This document shows, piece by piece, positions 31,723 through 42,083 of a DNA stretch of 64,000 nt. The DNA lies in assembly GCA_965197925.1 (NCBI GenBank), contig CBDAOC010000001.1:1-64000 (forward strand). Direction: 5' to 3'. Source of the DNA: Nitrososphaerales archaeon (GTDB taxonomy: Archaea > Thermoproteota > Nitrososphaeria > Nitrososphaerales > UBA213). A model generated the notes under the pieces. That model made no database searches. It saw nothing but the letters and a program-made list of their open reading frames with translations, and was not told the DNA's origin. The stretch's first letter is position 1. Each line of letters begins with the position of its first letter. The position numbers and the translations under genes are program-made.

Positions 31723-32808
31723 GTGACTCTGAAAGGGAAGAGGAACCATTACAACATCAAATTACTGAAAGGTTATGGAGTAAGCATAAGATTGAAAGAA
31801 CATAGAGTAGTTTTGAATGATGGTAAAAATCCTTTCACAGAAGAACAGGAAAGAGAAGAATGGTTCGTTACAAAGCTTCCATACGAGAAGATAGTAATCT
31901 CAGGTAAGGGTTATGTTTCTACTGAGGCTATTAAATTATTAGCTAAGAAAAACATCAACGTTATTTTGACGGATACTTATGGAAATTTAATCTCAAATAT
32001 GAATAATGTGATGTCAAGTAATACTGCGACTAACTATAGGATAGGCCAGTATGATACATTTAGAGATCCTGATAAAAGATTGTATTTGCAAAAGCAACTT
32101 CTCTCTGCAAAGTTGCATAGTCAGATCGGATTTTTTAAATCGTTAGACAAAGAAGAACTTGAAAAAGCTATAGAACAATTAATAGATTATAAAGAATCAA
32201 TTAATAGCTACAAAGATAGACGAAAGTTTCTTAGTATAGAATCAAGGTTTGGACACCTCTATTTTCGTAATTACTCCAAGTTGTTTCATTCCAAGTATGG
32301 ATTCGATTCAAGGCACGGTGGGGGGTTGGTTATGTCTAATAGGTATGCATCAGATGTGATTAACGCACTTCTCAATTATGGGTACTCAGTATTAGCTGGA
32401 GAAATTGCCAAGTTTGTGAATGGTTTAGGATTAGACCCTTACTTTGGGTTTTATCATAAGATGCATACTTCCTTTCAAGCGTTGGTTTATGATTTGATTG
32501 AACCTTACCGTTGGATGGTGGAATATTCTGTTTACAAGATGGCTGCTCCTACAAATCATGAACATCGCATAAAGAAAAGGGAATATGCATGGACTAGGGA
32601 AGGTAAGATAATTCTTGATACGAATTTGATTAGAGGATTTTTGGAGTTGTTATCTCGGAAGTTAGATTCAGAGAGACCCTATTTATCAAAACATGGATTG
32701 AGGAGAGACGATGGTCTAGCAATGTGTCAAGAGATTACTATTGCCAAGATTAACATACAGAATTTGGCTGAGTATTGTGTGGGGAAAAGAAATTACATTA
32801 ATTTCTGA
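31723..32808 (+). CDS. cas1: stand-alone Cas1 (casposase-like, thaumarchaeal casposon type)
   Basis: LKGYGVSI, STEAIKLL, SIESRFG (E), DVINALLNYGYS, GLDPYFGFYH (H), LVYDLIEPYR (D/E). Start placed at GTG 31723 because the upstream extension lies in the IS end. Confidence 0.88.
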   Translation: MTLKGKRNHYNIKLLKGYGVSIRLKEHRVVLNDGKNPFTEEQEREEWFVTKLPYEKIVISGKGYVSTEAIKLLAKKNINVILTDTYGNLISNMNNVMSSNTATNYRIGQYDTFRDPDKRLYLQKQLLSAKLHSQIGFFKSLDKEELEKAIEQLIDYKESINSYKDRRKFLSIESRFGHLYFRNYSKLFHSKYGFDSRHGGGLVMSNRYASDVINALLNYGYSVLAGEIAKFVNGLGLDPYFGFYHKMHTSFQALVYDLIEPYRWMVEYSVYKMAAPTNHEHRIKKREYAWTREGKIILDTNLIRGFLELLSRKLDSERPYLSKHGLRRDDGLAMCQEITIAKINIQNLAEYCVGKRNYINF

Positions 32809-33235
32809 TAAGCATTAAGTGTCTTCTCTCATGCAATTGCAATATTTTATCTAACAACATACATCGCTAGGATTAATTAGGCATAGAATGTGACTGGTTC
32901 AAAGATGAGGGCAGAATACATTCAGAGTCTCTGGAATTTTTCCTAGATTCCTAGATTAGATTGAATAATTGAATCTAGTATGTTATAATAAATTGTTGTT
33001 CTATAATCAAGTCTTGAGGCATATATGTGGATAGATCGTACACCTTTTGCAATTGCAACGGCAGTATAAATAGAATTGACATTTCGCACCCAAGATGTCC
33101 GTGTCGGAAATACAAGTAAATTCCGTGAGTGAACTATGAAATTCATCCTTACTCTACTCTTAGATACAATATTCCTTAACCAAGTCATTATAATATTATC
33201 GGTTAGCTAAGAATTGAAGGTTCTTTTTCTACTAT

Positions 33236-34116
33236 GAAGTCATCCCAATACTCTCCAATACATCATAATCGACGAAATGATAACAAATGCCAGATAGTTT
33301 TGTGCATTCTTCTCATATCTGATCCTGGTTCTGTGGAACCCATTCTTCAACCAGGCAAAGAATCTCTCCACAACATAGCGCGTCTTGCCGTATAGGTATT
33401 GTTCTGTATCATCATTTTGTTGTTGTGTCTTACTGTTTTTTCTGTAAGGTATGCAGTCAGAGATTTTTCTTTTGGTGAGGTATTTCCTGATGAATTCTGC
33501 ATCATAGCCCTTGTCTGCTTGGCACCGCGCAATTTTTCTGATAGATCTCTCATCCAGATATTGTGAGATGCCATCCATCACGTCTACAAATCTTGCAGAG
33601 TCATGCTGATTTGCAGGACATTACTACTGAGACTGGCAGTCCGTTTTGTTCCACCGCAACGTGTATTTTTGTGCCTGAAATCCTGTTGAATCCGTTGTAT
33701 CCTATGACGCTTCCCCTTTTTTGGCCGGAACTGATGACGAATCGACTGATATTTTTTGCAGCTGCATCTTGCCTGATCTGTGGGCTGATTTGACTGCAGC
33801 GGAGAGGATATTCTTCCATATTCCACGTCGCTGCCAGTTCTGCAGTCTGCGGTGCGCAGTTGATTTGGAGCCGTACCTTTGTGACATCCCAGTCCACCTG
33901 CATCCTGTTATCCCGACAAACAGGATTCCGTTGACTGTCTTTCTGTCGTCTGCCCTTGGCCTTCCGGTTCTGGCTGGCTTGGGGAGATGCGGTGATATCA
34001 TCTTCCATTGTTCATCTGTTATCTCCTGAAATTTCATGATCTGCTACGGGCAGCATTGCAAATAGATCCAAATGATCGTCAATTATTCACTAAATGATCA
34101 GTTTTGGGATCAGTTG
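33236..34116 (-). mobile_element. IS5-family (IS427-like) element, type E, related to types C and D; orfB frameshifted
   Basis: Right end GTTTTGGGATCAGTTG, degenerate left end; orfA 33702-34037 with an AAAAAAGGGG slippery site; orfB fragments to 33240. Confidence 0.9.
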
Positions 34117-34346
34117 AATCTAAAAAAGGTATATTTTAGAGGTTTCTCTTCCCCGTAGTTGAGCCTATACTCCATCATTTTTGTTTATCTAGTTTATTCC
34201 ATTTCTTATTTTTTCAGTTCATCTTCACTATTTTTAGGGGAAACTTAAACAGCATAAACGGAACAACCTAGTAAGTTTTTGCATCATCTTCAAATTCAAT
34301 ATTCAAACTCAAGGAACAAAGGATAATAATATCAATTGCGCATCTA

Positions 34347-34970
34347 GTGGTATTGAGATTCGGTAATAAACCCCAATGGATAATGATTCTTATTTCAGCT
34401 GCTTTCATGGGAGTGGGTTTGACTATAATCTTATTTTCTAGCCAGAATCTTTCTAGTGGTCCATTAACGAGTCCCGTACCCTCTCCGGGATATGAGAGGA
34501 ATCTATCATATACAGAAGTAGGATTTCTTGGTAGGTTAATGTTCGCCATGGGGGTTTTACTGGCATTCATAAGTATAGGAATAAGAAAATGGTCTAGATA
34601 CCAAGTTAGAGAAAAAAATATAGACGGTGTAAAGGCCGTTGGTATATCCGTTGCAACTACGAACTACGATAAGGACAGAGGTGTAATACATAAAGTGATG
34701 CAAAGCGCAGAACTTGTAGCAAACGCGAAAAACGAATTCGCTATGGATGAGCCAGAGTACAGGATGGGTTGGTATTTCTTCGTTTTACACGTAACTCCAA
34801 ACATTATGGGAAGAGTTATTGAACAAATAAGCACAAGACAAACAATGCAGAATATAAAGTTAGAAGATAGGTTTATCAAATGGCTTTCAAGTCAATTAGA
34901 AGAAAAAAAATGCGATGTATATCTTGATCTGGAATCACGGAAGGGTTCATCAAAGTATGGTCTCTTTTAG
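34347..34970 (+). CDS. membrane protein with two TM helices and a cytoplasmic domain
   Basis: 207-aa ORF with two hydrophobic segments. Confidence 0.65.
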   Translation: MVLRFGNKPQWIMILISAAFMGVGLTIILFSSQNLSSGPLTSPVPSPGYERNLSYTEVGFLGRLMFAMGVLLAFISIGIRKWSRYQVREKNIDGVKAVGISVATTNYDKDRGVIHKVMQSAELVANAKNEFAMDEPEYRMGWYFFVLHVTPNIMGRVIEQISTRQTMQNIKLEDRFIKWLSSQLEEKKCDVYLDLESRKGSSKYGLF

Positions 34971-35019
34971 AGCACTTAACAATACCAAAATTTACTAAAA
35001 TGTTTAGATGAATTATACG

Positions 35020-35670
35020 ATGCGATTTTTTGAGTGTTTACTTTTCCTGCCTTATGCTTAGTGAGTTTTTGAATCCTCCCCGAACTCAAGAAATAGAAAT
35101 GATAACATCACCTGTGTATGTATTCATATCGAAATTTGCTATCAAACCTAGATGTCTAATGGTACTTACCACAATCAAGTGGAATTCTGGTTAAATGTCA
35201 CAATTTCCTATCTTCCTTCTTCCAATGTTCACAGTATTATCATTTGTCTAGACTAAAATCTTACCATCACAGGCAGAAACAGAATTTTCAAAGTATTATA
35301 GGTCTATCCTTGATTTAAGAACTCTTCTAAGGTCTACCTTTTGATTTCTTAGAATATTCACAATAACCGCCATCCAAACTATACACATTTTAAGCCCTGA
35401 TTACTAAATTGTTCCGCAGTCTCTAAACTATAATTTCTGTGATAACAGTATATCAAAGGGCTCTTCAACATATGTTTTTTTTGGAATTCCTCCAATGATA
35501 TCTTGAGTTAAATGTATCGAATCAGGGATGTAAGAAGCCAGATACGATTTCTTATCCCGATATCAGCAATTGTAACCTTACCGCTCCCTAATTTTTTGCT
35601 TCCAAGACAGAGATATGTTTGAAGGTCGCTTTTTCACTTTTCACTATAATTCAGTCATCATGGATTCCAA
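35020..35670 (-). pseudogene. decayed rhodanese/sulfurtransferase-like gene; boundaries approximate
   Basis: Minus-strand fragments VTIADI..DKKSYLASYIPDSIHL and YSLDGGY among many stops. Confidence 0.4.
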
Positions 35671-35919
35671 ATTAAGTTTACGAGTGCATCTATATCAAAG
35701 AGTTGCAGGCATTATCTTTTGTTAAGATCAAGCTTATTCCAACGAATCATAATGTGAAATATAATCTAAAAAACGATACAAAAACACTCCTAGGAAGGCA
35801 GGATTCTCTTTTTACTGATAAAGAATAGTAACAAGTCTGACATGAATTATTAGGAAAATTATAACAAATATTGAAAGTAGAAAAACAATATATGTAATAC
35901 AATATTTATTTTAATTACG

Positions 35920-37110
35920 ATGAAACTAGAAATACCAAGGTTTACTGAAAGGTTTGGTGCGGTGAGTTTGAATTCTGTGCAGAAAGTTTATGAAATAGAT
36001 TCAGGAGCTAAGCAGGAAGTATATCAACCGCCACAAACGATCAGGAAAGTAGAGACAGACGAAGTAGAAAACATGGAGAGTAAAATGGCAATAGTGATAC
36101 CAATAAAAAATGAAAAACTCAAGATATTTGAAGGTGTGTTAAGCGGTATACCACACGATTGCTTTAATATTATAGTATCCAACAGTGATCGCGAATCTCT
36201 GGACAAGTACAAAATGGAGAGGAATTGTGTTGAACAGTTCAATAAATTTGTTGGACGTGATTCTATAATAATTCATCAAAAAGATCCTGAGCTAGGAGAG
36301 ATATTGAAGAAATTGGGATATACAGATATGCTAGACGATGGGGCCATTAGAGATGGGAAGGGAGAATCGATGATTCTTGGTATGTTGTTGGCTAAAATGG
36401 TAGGGAAGGAGTATGTAGGATTTGTGGATGCAGATAATTATGTTCCGGGGGCAGTTAATGAATATGTGAAAATTTTTGCATCAAGCTTCGTTATGGCAAG
36501 CACACCTTACGTGATGTCCAGAATTTCTTGGGTTTACAAGCCAAAAGTATCACAAGGAGGGTTTTCTTTTCCTATGAGGGGCAGAATATCAGAGTACACA
36601 AATAGTCACCTAAATTCTTTGATATCCCATCACACAGGGTTTGAAACCGATATCTGCAAGACAGGCAATTCTGGGGAACATGCAATGAGTATAAAGCTCG
36701 CAGAACTTCTCACATATACATCAGGATTTGCTATTGAGCCCTACGAAATAATGAATGTATTAGAGGAGTTTGGAGGATTGAATTCTGGCAGCAAGAATGA
36801 AGCACTTGATAAAGGCGTTGATGTCTTCCAAGTGCAAACTAGAAACCCACATTTTCATGAAGAAAAAGGAGAGGACCACCTGCAGGAAATGTTACTTTGT
36901 TCTTTGGCTTCAATCTATCATAGTAGGATATGTCCCAAACCATTAAGAGAAAAAATACTAGTAGAGCTTAGGAGTAATACTCAATTGAGCGAGGGTGATG
37001 AACCACCACTACTACATAAGATAAAACCGTTCAATTTTATCGATATTGATGTATTCGAAAAAATGTTAAGAGAAAAGTCCTCGACCTTGGAACAGTTTCG
37101 CTCATTATAG
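35920..37110 (+). CDS. mpgS: mannosyl-3-phosphoglycerate synthase
   Basis: RFTERFGAV, GVLSGIPH, IRDGKGE, GFVDADNYVPGAVNEY, GEHAM and TRNPHFHE motifs. Confidence 0.95.
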   Translation: MKLEIPRFTERFGAVSLNSVQKVYEIDSGAKQEVYQPPQTIRKVETDEVENMESKMAIVIPIKNEKLKIFEGVLSGIPHDCFNIIVSNSDRESLDKYKMERNCVEQFNKFVGRDSIIIHQKDPELGEILKKLGYTDMLDDGAIRDGKGESMILGMLLAKMVGKEYVGFVDADNYVPGAVNEYVKIFASSFVMASTPYVMSRISWVYKPKVSQGGFSFPMRGRISEYTNSHLNSLISHHTGFETDICKTGNSGEHAMSIKLAELLTYTSGFAIEPYEIMNVLEEFGGLNSGSKNEALDKGVDVFQVQTRNPHFHEEKGEDHLQEMLLCSLASIYHSRICPKPLREKILVELRSNTQLSEGDEPPLLHKIKPFNFIDIDVFEKMLREKSSTLEQFRSL

Positions 37111-37115
37111 TTATC

Positions 37116-37757
37116 TTGAAAAAAAAACTTGCAGCATTTGATATGGATGGTACGTTGATCAACGGTAGGTTAGTTTTTGCTTTGGGGGACAAGTATGACT
37201 TTTCAGACAGAATTAGGGAAATAATGGTCACGAATATAGAAGGACACAAAAAATCAAAAGAAATAGCAAAATTATGGAAGGGTGTAAAGGCTAGTGAGGT
37301 TACAGAAGCTGTAAGAGGCATACCCATCATGGATGGGGCTTCTGAAATAATTGGAGAACTCAGAGAACTTGGTTATGTGATTGGTGTAATAAGCGATAGT
37401 TACACACTTGCTACTGAACACATTGTAAAAAGATTCAATATGGATTTTAATGTCGCTAATGCATTAGAGGTGAAAGATGGTAAGCTTACAGGTGAAATAA
37501 ATATGCCTTTAGGATGGGAACAAATCAACTGCTGGTGCAAAATCTCTGTATGCAAGAGATTCCATCTTGAAAGACTGATTGGTTCCATGAATATCCCTTT
37601 GAAGGATACAATAGCTATTGGCGATACTAGAAATGATCTTTGCATGATCGAGAGAGCTGGTAAAGGAATTGCATTCAATCCCAAGGATGAGAAGATAATG
37701 CAGAACAAAATAGTAGTAAATGGTCAAGATCTCCGGAAAATAATGAAATTTGTCTAA
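37116..37757 (+). CDS. SerB-like HAD phosphatase
   Basis: FDMDGTL, VIS and GDTRND motifs; 5 bp after the mpgS stop. Confidence 0.88.
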   Translation: MKKKLAAFDMDGTLINGRLVFALGDKYDFSDRIREIMVTNIEGHKKSKEIAKLWKGVKASEVTEAVRGIPIMDGASEIIGELRELGYVIGVISDSYTLATEHIVKRFNMDFNVANALEVKDGKLTGEINMPLGWEQINCWCKISVCKRFHLERLIGSMNIPLKDTIAIGDTRNDLCMIERAGKGIAFNPKDEKIMQNKIVVNGQDLRKIMKFV

Positions 37758-37898
37758 TATTTTTTCCTACATTTTTTATCATTTTGATCAAAAAAACTTA
37801 TAAAAGTTAGGTTCGAAGAATATTATGATAGAAGTTGAAAGGTTCTGAACCGTTGAAAGGTTTCTCACCAATTAAATTCTACTGAAGTGAGAGCGATA

Positions 37899-39563
37899 AT
37901 GTGTGGTATATCAGGAGTACTGAGTAAGTCAGGGAAGAATGTTACACCGTATGTCATGGATATGCTATCATGCATGATTAACAGGGGTCCTGATGGTGCA
38001 GGAATAATAGTTAAGAATTCAATGGCGCATTCGTATAAATTGTCAGATCTTGGACTGAATCAGTTCAATAGTGAAATAGCTCTGGGCCATACTAGACTGG
38101 CCATAGTCGGTGGCAATTGTGGGCTGCAGCCTTTCAGAAGTTGCAATGGGAAGATATTACTTGAGCACAATGGTGAGATCTATAATTACAAAAAATTAAG
38201 AGCAGAGTTAGAGCAGTCGCATCATTTCATAACCAATACCGACAGTGAAGTGCTCGTGCATCTTATTGAAGAATATTACAAAGGAGATCTGCTCAAAGCA
38301 GTGAAGAGGGCAATGAGGAGGTTGGATGGTGTATACGCAATAGCAGTAAAGGATGAGGATAGCGTAGTGATATTTAGGGATAAGCTTGGAATAAGACAGC
38401 TTTACTATGGGGAAAATGATGAATGTATAGCATTTGCATCAGAAAAAAAGGCATTATGGATGATCGGTGTGAAGAATATTCGCAGGGTTATGCCTGGGTT
38501 CGCGGTACGATTCTCCTCTGGAAAGACGAAGATCGAGAAAGTTCTTGAACCACCAGTTAATCCAAGGGGAAGGAAAGTAAATGGAATGAAATCAGCAATT
38601 AAAATGTATAAAAAGGCTCTATATAGTTCAGTTAAGAAAAGGGTAGAGGATCTGGAGAAGGTTGGAATTATATTCTCAGGTGGAATAGACAGTGTTCTCA
38701 TAGCGAAGGTAGCAAAGGATCTTGGTGTCCCTGAGCTGTGCTGTTATACAGCTGGTCAAGTAGACTCGCATGATTTGAAGTATGCCAATGAAGTGGCAGA
38801 AAAATTAGGATTGAATATAAAATCAAAAACACTTACCGTGGATTACATTGAATCAGTACTTCCTAGAATAATTGATGTAATCGAGGATACAAATGCCGGG
38901 CAGGTTGAAGTTGCAATACCAGTTTATGCGGCAGTTGAGCTCGCCCATAAAGATGGATTCAAAGTCATGCTTAGTGGTCAAGGCGCTGATGAATTGTTTG
39001 GTGGATATCCTTGGTATAGTAAGATAGTTGGGTCAAAAGGATATGATGAATTTCATAAATGCATGTTGAAGGATCTTCTATACTTATACAAGGAATCATT
39101 TGAGCGTGAAGACAAGATTACAATGGCTCACAGCATAGAGTCAAGAATTCCATTTCTGGATCCACAAGTCATAAGGGTTGCAATGCGTATAGATCCAAAA
39201 CTCAAGATATTTGACGGAGATGATATTTTTGGCAAGCAGGTGCATAGACTACTTGCAGAAGAGATAGGAATACCAAGAAACATATCATTTAGACCCAAAG
39301 AAGCTGCACAACATGGTTCAGGAATACATGAAGTAATAAACAATATTGCAAAAACAAAGGGTTTCACTCAAGAACTAGTTAGAAAACTTGATTATCAATC
39401 CGTATTGAATAGGAAGGAAAAAATTGGGAGCTCTCAAAGATACGGTTATCTATTTGGTGATGAAGATTTATGGGTAGCAGAAGATCATGTGCAGATGTAT
39501 CTTGATAATTTGGCTCGCAAACACGGATTGGTAGAAAGCGAAAATGCACACAGATTGATTTAA
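37899..39563 (+). CDS. asnB: glutamine-hydrolysing asparagine synthetase-family amidotransferase
   Basis: MCGI N-terminal nucleophile, RGPD, HNGEIYNY, SGGIDS and SGQGADELFGGY. Confidence 0.92.
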   Translation: MCGISGVLSKSGKNVTPYVMDMLSCMINRGPDGAGIIVKNSMAHSYKLSDLGLNQFNSEIALGHTRLAIVGGNCGLQPFRSCNGKILLEHNGEIYNYKKLRAELEQSHHFITNTDSEVLVHLIEEYYKGDLLKAVKRAMRRLDGVYAIAVKDEDSVVIFRDKLGIRQLYYGENDECIAFASEKKALWMIGVKNIRRVMPGFAVRFSSGKTKIEKVLEPPVNPRGRKVNGMKSAIKMYKKALYSSVKKRVEDLEKVGIIFSGGIDSVLIAKVAKDLGVPELCCYTAGQVDSHDLKYANEVAEKLGLNIKSKTLTVDYIESVLPRIIDVIEDTNAGQVEVAIPVYAAVELAHKDGFKVMLSGQGADELFGGYPWYSKIVGSKGYDEFHKCMLKDLLYLYKESFEREDKITMAHSIESRIPFLDPQVIRVAMRIDPKLKIFDGDDIFGKQVHRLLAEEIGIPRNISFRPKEAAQHGSGIHEVINNIAKTKGFTQELVRKLDYQSVLNRKEKIGSSQRYGYLFGDEDLWVAEDHVQMYLDNLARKHGLVESENAHRLI

Positions 39564-39659
39564 TTTTTAACTATATCTTCTCTCATCATGTTGTAAAATC
39601 AATAAATTCAAAAAATAAATGGTGAAAGATTTAATTCCTTCAATGTAGATAATGAGTGT

Positions 39660-40097
39660 ATGTCTTTTAGTTCTGGAGAAGAAAATGGTAAGGACTACAT
39701 CCTTGCGAAAATAGGATACGTTGGATTTGCAGATCCGGAAGGAGTGGAAGGTCTAGTTGTACTAAAGACTGATGAAGGTAAGGAGTTTCCCATGAGGGCC
39801 TTTTCAGGAGAGGTTGCAAGGCACATTTCAAGGTTCCAACAAGGAGACAAGGAAAGTATACCAACTATATACAATCTTGTTCAGGAGATAGCTGAGCTGA
39901 AGGAAATGTTACTAGCAGAAGTACGGGTATATCAAAGCGGTTCGGTTCTACGTGCAAACCTTCACTTCAAAAATAGACAAGACCAACTGATTCTGAGAAA
40001 CTATAGGGCATCAGATTGTATTGCACTTGCCGCTTGTTATGATATGCCTGTCTTGGTAAGAAGGAACCTCTTCGAGCAGGCTGTTCAAGAGAAATAA
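39660..40097 (+). CDS. bifunctional nuclease (DUF151) family protein
   Basis: PTIYNL...RASDCIALA pattern. Confidence 0.8.
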   Translation: MSFSSGEENGKDYILAKIGYVGFADPEGVEGLVVLKTDEGKEFPMRAFSGEVARHISRFQQGDKESIPTIYNLVQEIAELKEMLLAEVRVYQSGSVLRANLHFKNRQDQLILRNYRASDCIALAACYDMPVLVRRNLFEQAVQEK

Positions 40098-41189
40098 CTA
40101 TGTTACTATATCTGCGAGCCTTTCTTCCATATATGCGTGCTTTATCTCCATAGCTATCCTTCTTCCCACACCGAGTGTTTGCCCATGGTAATACTTCGTA
40201 TACGGACTTGTTGTAGCCATTATTGGATTGCCAGGAACTCTTAACGACACATCATACACCACAATATCCATGTCAACTGTTACAATACTTTGAAGGGAAA
40301 TTGGTCCTATTATTCCCGGTGGATACAAAACCTTGGTAGCTTTGGCGAACCTGTCGCCCAAATCAAATATCTTTTCCAGCATGGATTCCCTTATGCTCGC
40401 TGGAGTATGACCTACCTCAATGTTCTGAAGTTGTACGTCAATCTCAAGTTGTTGCTTTGCTGGCATAGATACAAAATCATGCTGATTGGTTTGCAGTCTT
40501 CTCTCAATACCAAGAAATTCTACCTCTTCTTTTAGCGGAGAGTAGAAGAAGTTAAAGTTGAAATAAGTACCAATGACGAATTCCTCGATAACCGCGTTTG
40601 CGAGTTCATCTTTTTTTATTATCCCATTCTTTATTCTTTGCTGAATCTTTTGTTCGTAATCGTTATGAGATAAAGCCATAAAGAATGCCCTTTCAAGCTT
40701 CCTCTTTGCCTCCTGAATTTTAACTATAACAGGTCTGTCGATCTCTTGGGCATCTTGAAAGATCTTAGGGTACCTCACTCCAGCCTTTTCTAATAAATGG
40801 TATTGATTTTTTTTGACCGTTCTTTCCTCCGCACGCAACATGAATCTGTTTCCAAATATAGGTAACAGTAAATTATTTTCGATTTTATTGTATCCTAGAT
40901 ATGCAGTTAAGGCTCGATGAGGTACCAGAATTGTCTTTAGCCCCCTAAGTTTATCCTGTATGTCCCTGCGAAGCATATCAGAAAATTTGTTCAAGACTAT
41001 CATATTGTCTACCAATCTACCAAACCTTTTGTAGGGGGTTTCTCTTCCTTTCTGACATACTACAACCGTATTCAATTGTTCGTCCTTTGCTCCGTCCATA
41101 ACTTCTAGAGCTGAATGACTTCCTAGTACACCTATAGTAATCTTGTCATAACCTTTCACAAGTTTCGTAATCTGCTTTCTTGATATCAT
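40098..41189 (-). CDS. purP: formate--phosphoribosylaminoimidazolecarboxamide ligase family (ATP-grasp)
   Basis: LGSHSALEVMDGAKDE, FGNRFMLRAEER and GRRIAMEIK motifs. Confidence 0.9.
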   Translation of the reverse strand: MISRKQITKLVKGYDKITIGVLGSHSALEVMDGAKDEQLNTVVVCQKGRETPYKRFGRLVDNMIVLNKFSDMLRRDIQDKLRGLKTILVPHRALTAYLGYNKIENNLLLPIFGNRFMLRAEERTVKKNQYHLLEKAGVRYPKIFQDAQEIDRPVIVKIQEAKRKLERAFFMALSHNDYEQKIQQRIKNGIIKKDELANAVIEEFVIGTYFNFNFFYSPLKEEVEFLGIERRLQTNQHDFVSMPAKQQLEIDVQLQNIEVGHTPASIRESMLEKIFDLGDRFAKATKVLYPPGIIGPISLQSIVTVDMDIVVYDVSLRVPGNPIMATTSPYTKYYHGQTLGVGRRIAMEIKHAYMEERLADIVT

Positions 41190-41231
41190 ATCATAATCAA
41201 CCTCTCGACTGTTGGTAAAAAGTATTTGTGC

Positions 41232-42083
41232 TTAATACTCTGCTTTCCTATCTATCATCCCTTTATTTCTTGCCTTATACTCTGCAAACTTGAAGAACAA
41301 TAGTGCAGTTATGGCAAAGCCAATAGTGCCGAGAATCAAATATATCAGATCGTTTGTGAAGGGAACGTTTGAATTAGAAAGGGCAAGCCTGATGAGACTT
41401 AGGAAGTATGTTGATGGTAACAAATATCCTACATGTTGCATAATTGTATGCAGCATACTGACAGGGAATACAACACCTGATAGAAGAAACATAATACCAG
41501 TAGTGTACTCGCTCAAAGAATACTGCATCTTGAAGGAAAGAAGGTTAATTGCACATAGCATAAGTCCTAGGAAACTAAATGCTACTACACCAAGCAGGAT
41601 AACTCCTATCAGGAGTAGATAATTAACCTGCAATGCATTTATCCCTAGATCCAAACCAAATAATATTTCAAACGTTACCGTACCTATAACATAGGCAATT
41701 ATCACAGATATTGTTGCATTGATTGAAGCTGCAGTAGCTCTGCCAAAAATATATGGTTTGATAGATTCAGGAGCAATATAGATTTGCTTCAGCACTTCAT
41801 ACTTTGCTCGATCTTCATGCACCAAATAACCTAGGGATATGGCTATGTATGCAGGGTAAATGAAAAATATTGAACCTGTGAACGCATAAAAAAAGAATTC
41901 AGGATCCCTAAGACCAGCAGCTTCGCTTCCAATTAGAAATATCAGACCTATTAAGAACACACTTGCAATAGGTTTAGCGATCATGTAAGCGATGAACACA
42001 AAAGGATCTGTCCAGTTGGATTCAACCTTCCAACCTATCCATGCGGCCCAGATCAATACCTTAACTTTATTCGTTATTGCCAT
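41232..42083 (-). CDS. ABC-2 type transporter permease
   Basis: Multi-TM protein with LSGVVFPV; in an operon with the ATPase. Confidence 0.88.
   Translation of the reverse strand: MAITNKVKVLIWAAWIGWKVESNWTDPFVFIAYMIAKPIASVFLIGLIFLIGSEAAGLRDPEFFFYAFTGSIFFIYPAYIAISLGYLVHEDRAKYEVLKQIYIAPESIKPYIFGRATAASINATISVIIAYVIGTVTFEILFGLDLGINALQVNYLLLIGVILLGVVAFSFLGLMLCAINLLSFKMQYSLSEYTTGIMFLLSGVVFPVSMLHTIMQHVGYLLPSTYFLSLIRLALSNSNVPFTNDLIYLILGTIGFAITALLFFKFAEYKARNKGMIDRKAEY

Noticed and set aside
32990..33150. Cys-rich minus-strand frame beside cas1 as a casposon HNH nuclease
   Set aside because: It is short, has no clear start and lacks a convincing HNH motif.
30066..34154. GGGGA at 30066 and TCCCC at 34150-34154 as casposon terminal inverted repeats
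   Set aside because: The match extends only 5 bp and the flanks show no target-site duplication.
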